DNA from: a virus
Reading direction: 5' to 3' (one strand)
Virus record (IMG/VR): IMGVR_UViG_3300032132_000001
Location: 106,573 to 170,572 of that record
Length of the DNA: 64,000 nt
Shown here: positions 16,256-24,110 of the stretch, piece after piece
How the letters are laid out: each line of letters opens with the position of its first letter
Numbering within the stretch: the stretch's first letter is position 1
The notes under the pieces: generated by a model
Database searches by the model: none
Seen by the model: the letters and a program-made list of their open reading frames with translations, nothing else
Told to the model about the DNA's origin: nothing
Made by a program: the position numbers and the translations under genes

Positions 16256-16603
16256 ATGCATTATATCGGCACCTATTTCTGCGACATCGACGGAACCTTA
16301 GTCCAGCACGGAACCACCACGTTCCTACCAGGCGCCAAAGAGTTCCTCCAGAAACTAAGAGACGAAGACTTTAGGATCATCTTCGTCACTCGTAGAGGCG
16401 ATTTTGAGTTCAAGGGGCATCCAGCCTATAGCAAAGCTGCTACGGAAAAGATGCTCCGAGATAACGGCCTAGATGACTGTACGATCATCTATGACGTGAT
16501 GAGCCCTAGGTTCATCGTGGATGATAGCCAAGCTTTTGTTCTAGAGCGTGATACCAACATTGGTTTCACTCAAGAAGAAATAGACATGGTAGGGAGGAGA
16601 TAG
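16256..16603 (+). CDS. small HAD-superfamily phosphatase
   Basis: Motif I FCDIDGTL (DxDGT). Confidence 0.5.
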   Translation: MHYIGTYFCDIDGTLVQHGTTTFLPGAKEFLQKLRDEDFRIIFVTRRGDFEFKGHPAYSKAATEKMLRDNGLDDCTIIYDVMSPRFIVDDSQAFVLERDTNIGFTQEEIDMVGRR

Positions 16604-16605
16604 AG

Positions 16606-16734
16606 ATGAATTGGGATGCGATAATGATGTGGGCAGGAGTGGCGCTAATCATGTTCGCTTGGATCCCTGTCAAATGGGCCATGACTATCCTCGGTGCGCT
16701 ATGGGTAATCGTAGCACTCTTACCTAGAAAGTAA
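16606..16734 (+). CDS. small membrane protein (42 aa)
   Basis: Read by hand. SD GGGAGGAG. Hydrophobic throughout. Confidence 0.3.
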   Translation: MNWDAIMMWAGVALIMFAWIPVKWAMTILGALWVIVALLPRK

Positions 16735-16737
16735 ACT

Positions 16738-16829
16738 GGAGAGGTGGCAGAGCGGCCGAATGCGCTCGCTTGGAAAGCGAGTAGGGGGTTCACGCCCCCT
16801 CGCGGGTTCGAATCCCGCCCTCTCCGCCA
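16738..16829 (+). tRNA. tRNA-Ser(GGA), class II
   Basis: Same acceptor as Ser(GCT). Anticodon loop TTGGAAA, long variable arm, CCA encoded. Confidence 0.8.
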
Positions 16830-17132
16830 GTGGATAACAGAGAAGACTCAATACTGTCTGTATTGGCGATCTCTGTCGTAAACTCTAAGGGTTATGACAG
16901 TCGCCTATTCGACATAGTGCGCAACGACACCAATAGTGGTGAGCTGCAGAGGGCGCTTTTTGCTCTGGAAGAAGCGCTCAAGAAAACCCAAGCGGGAAGA
17001 TGGCCAGAACAACTCCAAATCATCTGTGAGTTCCTAAAGTCTAGAGACAATGTAGATTGTAGGAGAGCAGGTTACGCTCTAGACTGGGCTATCATCACCA
17101 ACAAAAGGAAGCCCAGACCGCCTAAAAGATAA
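16830..17132 (+). CDS. hypothetical protein (GTG start)
   Basis: 100-aa ORF directly after the tRNA. Confidence 0.35.
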   Translation: MDNREDSILSVLAISVVNSKGYDSRLFDIVRNDTNSGELQRALFALEEALKKTQAGRWPEQLQIICEFLKSRDNVDCRRAGYALDWAIITNKRKPRPPKR

Positions 17133-17135
17133 GGG

Positions 17136-17333
17136 ATGGAAAACATCCCAGAAGGCGCAGGCGACAAACTACTTCATTTCATAGTCGAATCAGGGTTGAT
17201 AGGGTTCGAAGAAGGCGACGAAGAAGGTGCTACACTATTCTTCACAGCCAACGCGGGCGAACAAGTGGAAGCGTGGTTAAGAGATGAGCTTTGCAGAAGA
17301 TCTGGACCCTCTCCAGAAGAAGATCCTAGCTAA
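17136..17333 (+). CDS. hypothetical acidic protein
   Basis: 65-aa ORF. Confidence 0.3.
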   Translation: MENIPEGAGDKLLHFIVESGLIGFEEGDEEGATLFFTANAGEQVEAWLRDELCRRSGPSPEEDPS

Positions 17334-17775
17334 CACGCTAAAGCAACCTAATGCTCCTATAGATTTCTCTAGGTTCGCCCTACCTTTAATCAAGAAATCA
17401 CACCCAAGACTGATAGCTGAAGACTTAGTAAAAGTCCAGCCAATGTCTCAGCCTTCTAGTCTTCTGTTCTACATGAAGTATAAGTATGCACTCCAGAAGC
17501 CGCAGGGGGTAGTAGCACTTCTAGAGCGCATCAGCCCGTGCGGGATGTTCGGCTACCCTTGCGAAGAAGTACACAATCCAGAATACGACCCACAGCACGC
17601 AGTATTCCGGTACGACGGCGATCTTTACTGGGTCAACCTAAATAAGACTAGGATCTGGGAAGCTCTGGACCATATAATGGTCTTACCAAAAGAAGAGATG
17701 CGTTTCGAACGCGTCAAACAGGTGAGTGTTGAACGACGCCGGGCTCTCTATATTGCCTTCGCTGAGATGCTATGA
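17284..17775 (+). CDS. hypothetical protein
   Basis: 163-aa ORF. Confidence 0.4.
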   Translation: MSFAEDLDPLQKKILANTLKQPNAPIDFSRFALPLIKKSHPRLIAEDLVKVQPMSQPSSLLFYMKYKYALQKPQGVVALLERISPCGMFGYPCEEVHNPEYDPQHAVFRYDGDLYWVNLNKTRIWEALDHIMVLPKEEMRFERVKQVSVERRRALYIAFAEML

Positions 17776-18089
17776 TCACTTACGACGCTTGGTTCGTCGG
17801 CTTCCTCTTCAACATCATGGAAGTAGGAGATGGGGCTCAAGTAAAAGGGACGAAGAGCGATACCAAGCATTTCGACCCGAATTTCAAACCAACGGATGCG
17901 ATCTTCGGTACGAAATCCAGCCTTTGGTGGGTAGAACTAGAAACAAGTAAAATCTGGCCAGCTACCAACATATATGATAACGGATGGAAAGATCCTACCG
18001 ATAGATGCAACTATTGGAGAGGCCACTCAGAAGTCACCGATCCTAAAATAAAATCGGGCCTGCTCAGCATGTTCAGAGGAGCAATGTGA
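17772..18089 (+). CDS. hypothetical protein
   Basis: 105-aa ORF with an ATGA overlap. Confidence 0.4.
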   Translation: MITYDAWFVGFLFNIMEVGDGAQVKGTKSDTKHFDPNFKPTDAIFGTKSSLWWVELETSKIWPATNIYDNGWKDPTDRCNYWRGHSEVTDPKIKSGLLSMFRGAM

Positions 18090-18358
18090 ACTTCCGCAAG
18101 TTGATATGGGTGGACGATTTTGGGCTAGCCTTAGACCCTCTTGACCCGAGAACTAACCCTGAAGCGGCTATCGTTCATTTTGAAGAAAGCGATTGGCTCG
18201 CTACCGACTATTATTACTGGATAGATCTCGAAAGAGAAAGAATCTTCAAATCCCATTTAGATTGTACAGATTGCGGTAGATATCAATGGTGGAAGAACGG
18301 ACTAGTAGACGTTCCTACACACATTGAAGTCTTAGCCATCTTCAAAGCAAATATCTAA
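18086..18358 (+). CDS. hypothetical protein
   Basis: 90-aa ORF with a GTGA/ATGA-type overlap. Confidence 0.4.
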   Translation: MNFRKLIWVDDFGLALDPLDPRTNPEAAIVHFEESDWLATDYYYWIDLERERIFKSHLDCTDCGRYQWWKNGLVDVPTHIEVLAIFKANI

Positions 18359-18548
18359 CTATGAACACGACCAACGGAATCAAGCAGCTCTCGCGAAGAC
18401 AAAGACGCGATAGAGCCTCCGTATGGTCGCCCTCATCGCGCTCCTAGCGCGCGTCTGTATCTCATCTACAGATGTGGGGCCACAACTTCGTCATGCGTTG
18501 TAGATTATACGCATTCGGCCTAGCGCCGCCGCCAGTAGAAGTAACCGA

Positions 18549-18669
18549 GATGCAAAAAGAACTACTAGAAGAGAAGAGAGCAGAGGAGCTTTGCCAAGCA
18601 TTACAGAATTACCTGGAGCGCATCCGGCTGGATGAGGAGCTGGTTTTGAAAACCAGTAACGGGCGTTAA
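18549..18669 (+). CDS. hypothetical small coiled-coil protein (overlaps the 5' half of the putative tRNA-Ser(TGA))
   Basis: MQKELLEEKRAEEL... The internal ATG of ORF 18472..18669. Confidence 0.2.
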
Positions 18670-18708
18670 TAGCGTCCGTTCGGGGTTCGAGTCCCTGGCG
18701 TTCCGCCA
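18615..18708 (+). tRNA. putative tRNA-Ser(TGA), class II, irregular D-arm
   Basis: Anticodon arm CTGGT-TTTGAAA-ACCAG, variable arm AACGG...CCGTT, T-arm CGGGG-TTCGAGT-CCCTG, acceptor GGAGCGC/GCGTTCC with one G-U, CCA encoded. Confidence 0.4.
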
Positions 18709-18723
18709 CTTAGGAGAATAACG

Positions 18724-18954
18724 ATGGGTAAACTCACGCTTGTAAGCGATATCATGGCCGGGACAGAGGGTGCTCCTTTTTGTGCCCCAGCCAAGCCTCG
18801 TCTATGCCCACTATGCTTTGCCCTTGCTGTTCTACCGCTCGATGAAAAGAATCTAGCCAAGCAACCAGATGCTACTACTCACGTATGTCACCCCTCGATT
18901 GATGGGTGCAACTTCGGCTTTGAACATATGCCCGAGGAGAAGAACGATGGGTAA
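18724..18954 (+). CDS. hypothetical small Cys-rich protein
   Basis: AGGAG SD. 76 aa. Confidence 0.35.
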   Translation: MGKLTLVSDIMAGTEGAPFCAPAKPRLCPLCFALAVLPLDEKNLAKQPDATTHVCHPSIDGCNFGFEHMPEEKNDG

Positions 18955-19675
18955 AGACACAGGGATAAGCTGGACAACGCACACGTGGAATCCATGGCGA
19001 GGTTGCCTAAAGGTTAGCCCTGGCTGCAAGATCTGTTACATGTATCGCGACCAGACGCGCTATGGAAAGAATCCAGCAGAGGTGGTCCGTGCAAAGCCAA
19101 CCACTTTCAACGCACCTCAGCGCTGGAAGGAACCAGCACACGTATTCACCTGCTCGTGGTCAGATTGGTTTATCGAAGAAGCAGACGAGTACCGGCCGGA
19201 AGCATGGGAGATCATCAAGAACACCCCGCACCTCATCTACCAAATCCTGACCAAACGCCCTGAAAATATTGCAGGTCGATTGCCGGCCGATTGGGGTGCT
19301 GGATATCCGAATGTCTGGTTGGGCGTAAGCGTTGAAAGTCAGGAATATGCAGATGAACGTATACCGACCTTGCTTGAGCAGCCGGCTGCTCTCCACTTCC
19401 TGAGCATTGAGCCTCTATTATCTGAGGTGACGCTCAATAATACCGACGAATGGCTAAATAAGGTCGGATGGGTAATCGTCGGCGGTGAGAGTGGTGGTGG
19501 GTACCGTCCCATGGAACCAGCCTGGGCGTTGTCGGTTCGCGACCAGTGCGGTGCATATGGTGTCCCATTCTTCTTCAAGCAGCACGGTGGTACGAAGAAA
19601 ATCGATGGAGAATGGGGCGGTAATAAGCTGTCTGGTCGAACATGGCAAGATATGCCAAAGGAAACACATGTTTGA
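18947..19675 (+). CDS. DUF5131 (phage Gp37/Gp68 family) protein
   Basis: N-terminus GISWTTHTWNPWRGC...SPGCKICY is typical of the family. The start is the internal Met of ORF 18869..19675. Confidence 0.6.
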   Translation: MGKDTGISWTTHTWNPWRGCLKVSPGCKICYMYRDQTRYGKNPAEVVRAKPTTFNAPQRWKEPAHVFTCSWSDWFIEEADEYRPEAWEIIKNTPHLIYQILTKRPENIAGRLPADWGAGYPNVWLGVSVESQEYADERIPTLLEQPAALHFLSIEPLLSEVTLNNTDEWLNKVGWVIVGGESGGGYRPMEPAWALSVRDQCGAYGVPFFFKQHGGTKKIDGEWGGNKLSGRTWQDMPKETHV

Positions 19676-20060
19676 AGAGCTGCTTGGCGTGCCAAATCAG
19701 CACACGATCAACTTGGAACTCAGGGAGTCCATAAAGAGTCTCTCGATCCAAATAGCTTGTTTGATGTACGTGCTAAATGAGAAAGGGTGGCTCAACCCAG
19801 ATGAATGGCCGAAGATCCAAGCCAAAGTAACAAGTGAAATGGATCAAATCTGGACCAAGACCGAAAGAGACTACGTAGAGAAGTTCATCAAGGAGCAACG
19901 GAGCGATCCGGGGAAGAAGCTCTTATTCGACATGTTCCTTAGGAAGGGTCTTGAGGAACAAGGTTACAAGATCGAGGACGAAGAAGATGGCGCAAGTACA
20001 GATGACTCTGGTGGATCTACCACACAACCAGGTGAAGATGGAATGGAAGATTCAGCCTGA
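19668..20060 (+). CDS. hypothetical protein with acidic C-terminus
   Basis: ATGTTTGA overlap with the upstream gene. Confidence 0.4.
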   Translation: MFEELLGVPNQHTINLELRESIKSLSIQIACLMYVLNEKGWLNPDEWPKIQAKVTSEMDQIWTKTERDYVEKFIKEQRSDPGKKLLFDMFLRKGLEEQGYKIEDEEDGASTDDSGGSTTQPGEDGMEDSA

Positions 20061-20181
20061 GATCCCAGAAGACGCAGAACCAACTGACCTCAGCACCGCG
20101 CAGAAGATCGCACTGGAGCTTATGAGGTTCATGGCCGAAGATCTCGGCAAGATTTCCAAACTCACCCCACAAGGCGAGTGA
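19987..20181 (+). CDS. hypothetical small protein (overlapping, different frame)
   Basis: MAQVQMTL... inside ORF 19951..20181. Confidence 0.2.
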   Translation: MAQVQMTLVDLPHNQVKMEWKIQPEIPEDAEPTDLSTAQKIALELMRFMAEDLGKISKLTPQGE

Positions 20182-20187
20182 TCAATC

Positions 20188-20263
20188 GCGCCCGTAGCTC
20201 AGGGGACAGAGCAACGGCCTTCTAAGCCGTGGGTCGTAGGTTCGAATCCTACCGGGCGTGCCA
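20188..20263 (+). tRNA. tRNA-Arg(TCT)
   Basis: Acceptor GCGCCCG/CGGGCGT, anticodon loop CTTCTAA, CCA encoded. Confidence 0.8.
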
Positions 20264-20281
20264 GTCTAGTATCTTAGGTGC

Positions 20282-20680
20282 ATGAAATACCTCATGCTCC
20301 TACTGTTGTTCGTCGGCTGCGCCCCCACCTCCCAGCAGCTCGTCGATAGGACTCTCCAAAAACACCCAAATCTGGCTCATCGTGTAACGGTAATCTTGAG
20401 CCAAGATCTACGGATCCACATCGGTGGTGTCCGTGGGATGTACGACCCAGCCACTCGGACAATAACGGTGGCAGATACCCCAGATCGTCTAGAATCTTGG
20501 CTTATCCACGAACTAGGCCATGCTCATTGGTATCTTGTGCTGACCAAAGAACAGCGAGAAGTGTGGATGCAAGATTGGGTGGATCGGACAGATGCCGGTG
20601 GGCCGTGGCCTTCCGATTATGCTGCTACAAACCCGAGCGAGTTCTATGCAGAATCTTTCCGGTTAGAACACGAAGGCTAG
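20282..20680 (+). CDS. lipoprotein with HExxH zinc-metallopeptidase motif
   Basis: Lipobox FVGC. Motif LIHELGHAHW. Confidence 0.55.
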   Translation: MKYLMLLLLFVGCAPTSQQLVDRTLQKHPNLAHRVTVILSQDLRIHIGGVRGMYDPATRTITVADTPDRLESWLIHELGHAHWYLVLTKEQREVWMQDWVDRTDAGGPWPSDYAATNPSEFYAESFRLEHEG

Positions 20681-20817
20681 CCCCAGGGACCTTGGCCTCC
20701 ACCACGCCCACGATTCTCTCTTGCGAGCTGAGCAGAAAGTTTCGAACCACCGACGACTTGCTTTAGCTCTTCGTCGGTGAGTTCCCGCGATTCGTCTACA
20801 ACAGACTTTTCGTTCAT
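20677..20817 (-). CDS. double-glycine leader peptide (bacteriocin/RiPP-precursor-like), Gly-rich core
   Basis: MNEKSVVDESRELTDEELKQVVGG|SKLSAQLARENRGRGGGQGPWG. The internal Met of ORF 20677..20931, with an AAAGG SD 8 nt upstream. Confidence 0.45.
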   Translation of the reverse strand: MNEKSVVDESRELTDEELKQVVGGSKLSAQLARENRGRGGGQGPWG

Positions 20818-20832
20818 GGTTGTACCTTTGCT

Positions 20833-21099
20833 TTGTATTTGAGGTGCATGAGCGCTGAAATATGGTACAGGATTTGGTGCCCCAACCCTGAATGTGGAAC
20901 TACGAACTGGGTTTATGGTGGCGACCCACAAGATTGTACCTTCTGTGATTCAGAAGCTGTGAAGTGCCACAAGTGTGGGCAATGTTGGTGGGTCGATAGT
21001 GAATGGAAGGATATGGTTGGAGAAGATGCTTCAGTAGAAGATCACGCGGAAGAAGGTGACCCCGCACCTTCCGGTTGCCAGAAGATAGAAAAGAAATGA
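20833..21099 (+). CDS. Cys-rich zinc-ribbon protein
   Basis: CPNPEC...CTFC...CHKCGQC. Confidence 0.4.
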   Translation: MYLRCMSAEIWYRIWCPNPECGTTNWVYGGDPQDCTFCDSEAVKCHKCGQCWWVDSEWKDMVGEDASVEDHAEEGDPAPSGCQKIEKK

Positions 21100-21449
21100 A
21101 ACTCATCATTGCTGGCTCTCGCACTATCACCGATGTGGAATATGTAGTTGAATGTATCGAAGATTTCATCTCCAACTTGTGAGGGGAAGAGATCACCGAA
21201 GTCGTCAGCGGTCTAGCTGGCGGCGTAGACTCCATTGGCAAAGCCTGGGCCGATGAGATGGGCATTCACGTTGAACCTTTCCCTTATCCGGACGGTTATG
21301 GGCGTGCGGGTGGTCCGATCCGCAATGCTAAAATGGCCGAATACGGAGACGCACTACTACTCATTTGGGATGGGAAATCTCGCGGGAGCCAAAGTATGTT
21401 ACGAGAGGCAACAAAACGAAAGCTCCGCGTGCAAACTTACATGGTGTAA
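21096..21449 (+). pseudogene. SLOG/DUF2493 (YpsA-like) nucleotide-binding protein interrupted by an in-frame TGA at 21180
   Basis: MKLIIAGSRTITD...SNL*GEEITEVVSGLAGGVDSIGKAWADEMG...GPIRNAKMAEYGDALLLIWDGKSRGS. A continuous DUF2493-like sequence in one frame, except for the TGA. Confidence 0.5.
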
Positions 21450-21450
21450 C

Positions 21451-21654
21451 ATGAGAACTCTAGCCCTTTTCGCTCTGATCCTTTGTGGTTGTGGCACGTC
21501 TCGCCTAGACGTGATGGAAGAGCGTGTAGATGGGCTCGAAAAGCGGTTACACCACACTGAGACCGTATTGGTCTTAGAAGTGACGGGACAGATCGACCGA
21601 GAACGGGTCCGAGAATACATCCTTAAGCGCGCTCAAGAACAAGAGCAGCGCTAG
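21451..21654 (+). CDS. small lipoprotein
   Basis: MRTLALFALILCGC lipobox. The internal start of ORF 21235..21654. Confidence 0.45.
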   Translation: MRTLALFALILCGCGTSRLDVMEERVDGLEKRLHHTETVLVLEVTGQIDRERVREYILKRAQEQEQR

Positions 21655-21661
21655 GTACTAC

Positions 21662-21738
21662 GGCCCTATCGTCTAGTCTGGTTAGGACACCAGGTTTTCA
21701 TCCTGGCAACACCGGTTCGAATCCGGTTAGGGTCACCA
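21662..21738 (+). tRNA. tRNA-Glu(TTC)
   Basis: Acceptor GGCCCTA/TAGGGTC, anticodon loop TTTTCAT, CCA encoded. Confidence 0.75.
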
Positions 21739-21757
21739 GACATCTATAACATAACAG

Positions 21758-23083
21758 GTGGAATCCATGCTCCCAGCCCCAAAAGAAATCCATATCATCG
21801 GCGGCGGCACCTTCTTCCATGTTCGACCTCACCTAGCGCTCGCTGCTCCAGCTTTTGGAGCAACAGCAGAGAAGCTCATCAAGCTATGTGAAGATCGATT
21901 CCAGGAGAAGATGCTGGTATACTGCCATCGCACTAAGATGGCAGACTATGGAAGTGATATCGAGACAAATGAAGATGTCTCCAAGCTGTTAGATGAACTG
22001 ATCGAAGATCTCAATGTACGAGTAATCTTCCTCTCTGCTGCGCTGTGTGACTACGAAGGTACCATCCTGGATAAGAGCACTCCACATTGGGTGCAACCCA
22101 TGGACCAGGTACGCACGCCAAGCGGCAAACAGGCTGAACGCCTCCGCACGCAAGATGGTGAGCAGACCATGCTGCTTACTCCTGCTCGGAAGATCATCAG
22201 CAAGATCAGGAAGAAAAGGAAAGATATCTTCCTCATCGGGTTCAAGACCACTGCTGGGGCAAGCATAGAGGAACAGTTCGCCAGAGGGTTGAACCTGCTG
22301 AAGTCCTCGTCATGTAATCTTGTTCTCGCGAATGATATCCACACTCGCATGAACATGATCATCACTCCTGAAGAGTCCAACTACCATCAGACCACCGACA
22401 GGAATGAGGTTCTGAAAGAGCTAGTTGATATGGTGTGGCACCGCACCCACCTGACCTTCACAAGGTCAACTGTAGTGGACGGTCATCCAATCCCATGGAG
22501 TGACCATAGAGTTCCCACTGCTCTACGCACTGTGGTAGATCATTGCCGATTCAATGGCGCCTACAAAGAATTCAGAGGCTCGACCGTAGGGCATTTCGCC
22601 GCCAAGATCGACGAGACCACCTTCCTCACGTCCATCCGGAAGACTGATTTCAACGATCTCCACAACACGGGCCTGGTCATGATCAAGACCGATGGGCCCG
22701 ACTCTGTAATCGCCTATGGCGCAAAGCCGAGTGTAGGAGGCCAGAGCCAGCGGATCGTGTTCTCCGAGCATCAAGACTGCGACTCTATCGTCCACTTCCA
22801 CTGCCCGATGAAGGAAGGAAGCGAAGTACCCGTGATGAGCCAACGCGAGTACGAGTGTGGGAGCCACCAGTGTGGCCAAAACACCAGTAACGGCTTGAAG
22901 AGGTTTGGCAACCTCTACGCTGTAATGCTCGACCAGCATGGCCCCAACATCGTATTCAACAGCGACATTAACCCGCAAGAGGTCATCGACTTCATCGAGG
23001 CCAATTTCGATCTGAGCGGGAAAACTGACGGACTACATCAGACTCACTCCCCTGCTGGGATCCCCGCCGCTCCGCGTATTTGA
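21758..23083 (+). CDS. two-domain hypothetical protein; N-terminal Rossmann domain resembling CoaB/DFP (phosphopantothenoylcysteine synthetase family)
   Basis: HIIGGGTFFHVRP and SAALCDY resemble the CoaB motifs ITAGPT...VR and AAVADY. The C-terminal domain is unassigned. Confidence 0.35.
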   Translation: MESMLPAPKEIHIIGGGTFFHVRPHLALAAPAFGATAEKLIKLCEDRFQEKMLVYCHRTKMADYGSDIETNEDVSKLLDELIEDLNVRVIFLSAALCDYEGTILDKSTPHWVQPMDQVRTPSGKQAERLRTQDGEQTMLLTPARKIISKIRKKRKDIFLIGFKTTAGASIEEQFARGLNLLKSSSCNLVLANDIHTRMNMIITPEESNYHQTTDRNEVLKELVDMVWHRTHLTFTRSTVVDGHPIPWSDHRVPTALRTVVDHCRFNGAYKEFRGSTVGHFAAKIDETTFLTSIRKTDFNDLHNTGLVMIKTDGPDSVIAYGAKPSVGGQSQRIVFSEHQDCDSIVHFHCPMKEGSEVPVMSQREYECGSHQCGQNTSNGLKRFGNLYAVMLDQHGPNIVFNSDINPQEVIDFIEANFDLSGKTDGLHQTHSPAGIPAAPRI

Positions 23084-23134
23084 GCTGCAAAGATAGAAAA
23101 AGCGCTCCTGTCTCACCTCAAAAAGGAGGCAACC

Positions 23135-24085
23135 ATGCAAGTGCGCACTCCGGACACCGATGTAGGTGTCATCATCGGTCGATTCCAGGTTCCAACCCTG
23201 CACGATGGCCATAAGGGCCTCATCGACCATGTGCTGTCCAAGCACAAGAAGGTCTTGATCCTCGTAGGATCAACCCCCGGCATTCGCGCCACGAGGCGGC
23301 AACCCCTCGATTACCACACGCGATTGCTGATGATCCAGGAAGAGTATTCACAAGTCCTGGTCGCTCCCATCACCGACATGCCCTCTGATGAGGATTGGTC
23401 GAGAATGGTGGACGGCAAGATTTATGATACCTTCCAAACTCCATCTGCTGCGCTATATGGCTCCCGTGATGGTTTCATCCCCCACTACAGTGGCAGGTAT
23501 GAGACTGTAGAGCTTGCTTCTTCGATTGACACTTCCGGTTCGAAAGTGCGGAAGGATATTTCAGATGAAGTGCGCCAGCACGAAGAGTTCCGCCGAGGCG
23601 TCATCTATTCGTCGTTCGCCCGCTTCCCCACGATGTATGCTACCGTGGATGTTGCGATCCTGAACGATCTAAACGACTGGATGATCGCACTTTGCAGGAA
23701 ACACAATGATCCTCCTGGGATGTACCGATTCCCAGGCGGCTTCGCAGACCCAAACCAGGATAAGACATTCCTGGAAGCTGCGAAGAGAGAGGCTGAGGAA
23801 GAGTTGGTAGGAGGAATCTTCAAGGATTTCGAATACGTAGGCTCCACCTTAGTCCATGACTGGCGCTACCGCAGCGAAAGCGACAGCATCATGACCACTC
23901 TGTTCGCTGCGAAGCATCATGGTGGTGAACTTGAGCCAGGTGATGATCTCCGAGGTGGAGAGATCAAGTGGTTCAACGTGAGGGACATGGACGATGAAAT
24001 CCTCCTCCCTCAACACCGTGGTCTGATTACTTTGGTGCGGAACCATATTGGTTGCGCAGTCAAGAAAACCAAAACCAAAAAGTAA
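23135..24085 (+). CDS. natV: bifunctional NMN adenylyltransferase / Nudix hydrolase (NatV-like)
   Basis: Nucleotidyltransferase HxGH motif (GRFQVPTLHDGH). C-terminal Nudix box REAEEELVG. SD AAAAGGAGG. Confidence 0.75.
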   Translation: MQVRTPDTDVGVIIGRFQVPTLHDGHKGLIDHVLSKHKKVLILVGSTPGIRATRRQPLDYHTRLLMIQEEYSQVLVAPITDMPSDEDWSRMVDGKIYDTFQTPSAALYGSRDGFIPHYSGRYETVELASSIDTSGSKVRKDISDEVRQHEEFRRGVIYSSFARFPTMYATVDVAILNDLNDWMIALCRKHNDPPGMYRFPGGFADPNQDKTFLEAAKREAEEELVGGIFKDFEYVGSTLVHDWRYRSESDSIMTTLFAAKHHGGELEPGDDLRGGEIKWFNVRDMDDEILLPQHRGLITLVRNHIGCAVKKTKTKK

Positions 24086-24110
24086 CCCGCCTTACGAAAA
24101 GGAGGCAATC

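Noticed and set aside
21180-21182. Genetic-code reassignment (TGA=Trp, code 4) to explain the in-frame TGA in the SLOG gene.
   Set aside because: Many clearly delimited genes in the window terminate at TGA with coupled downstream starts (e.g. 505..1125, 20833..21099). A global reassignment is therefore unlikely.
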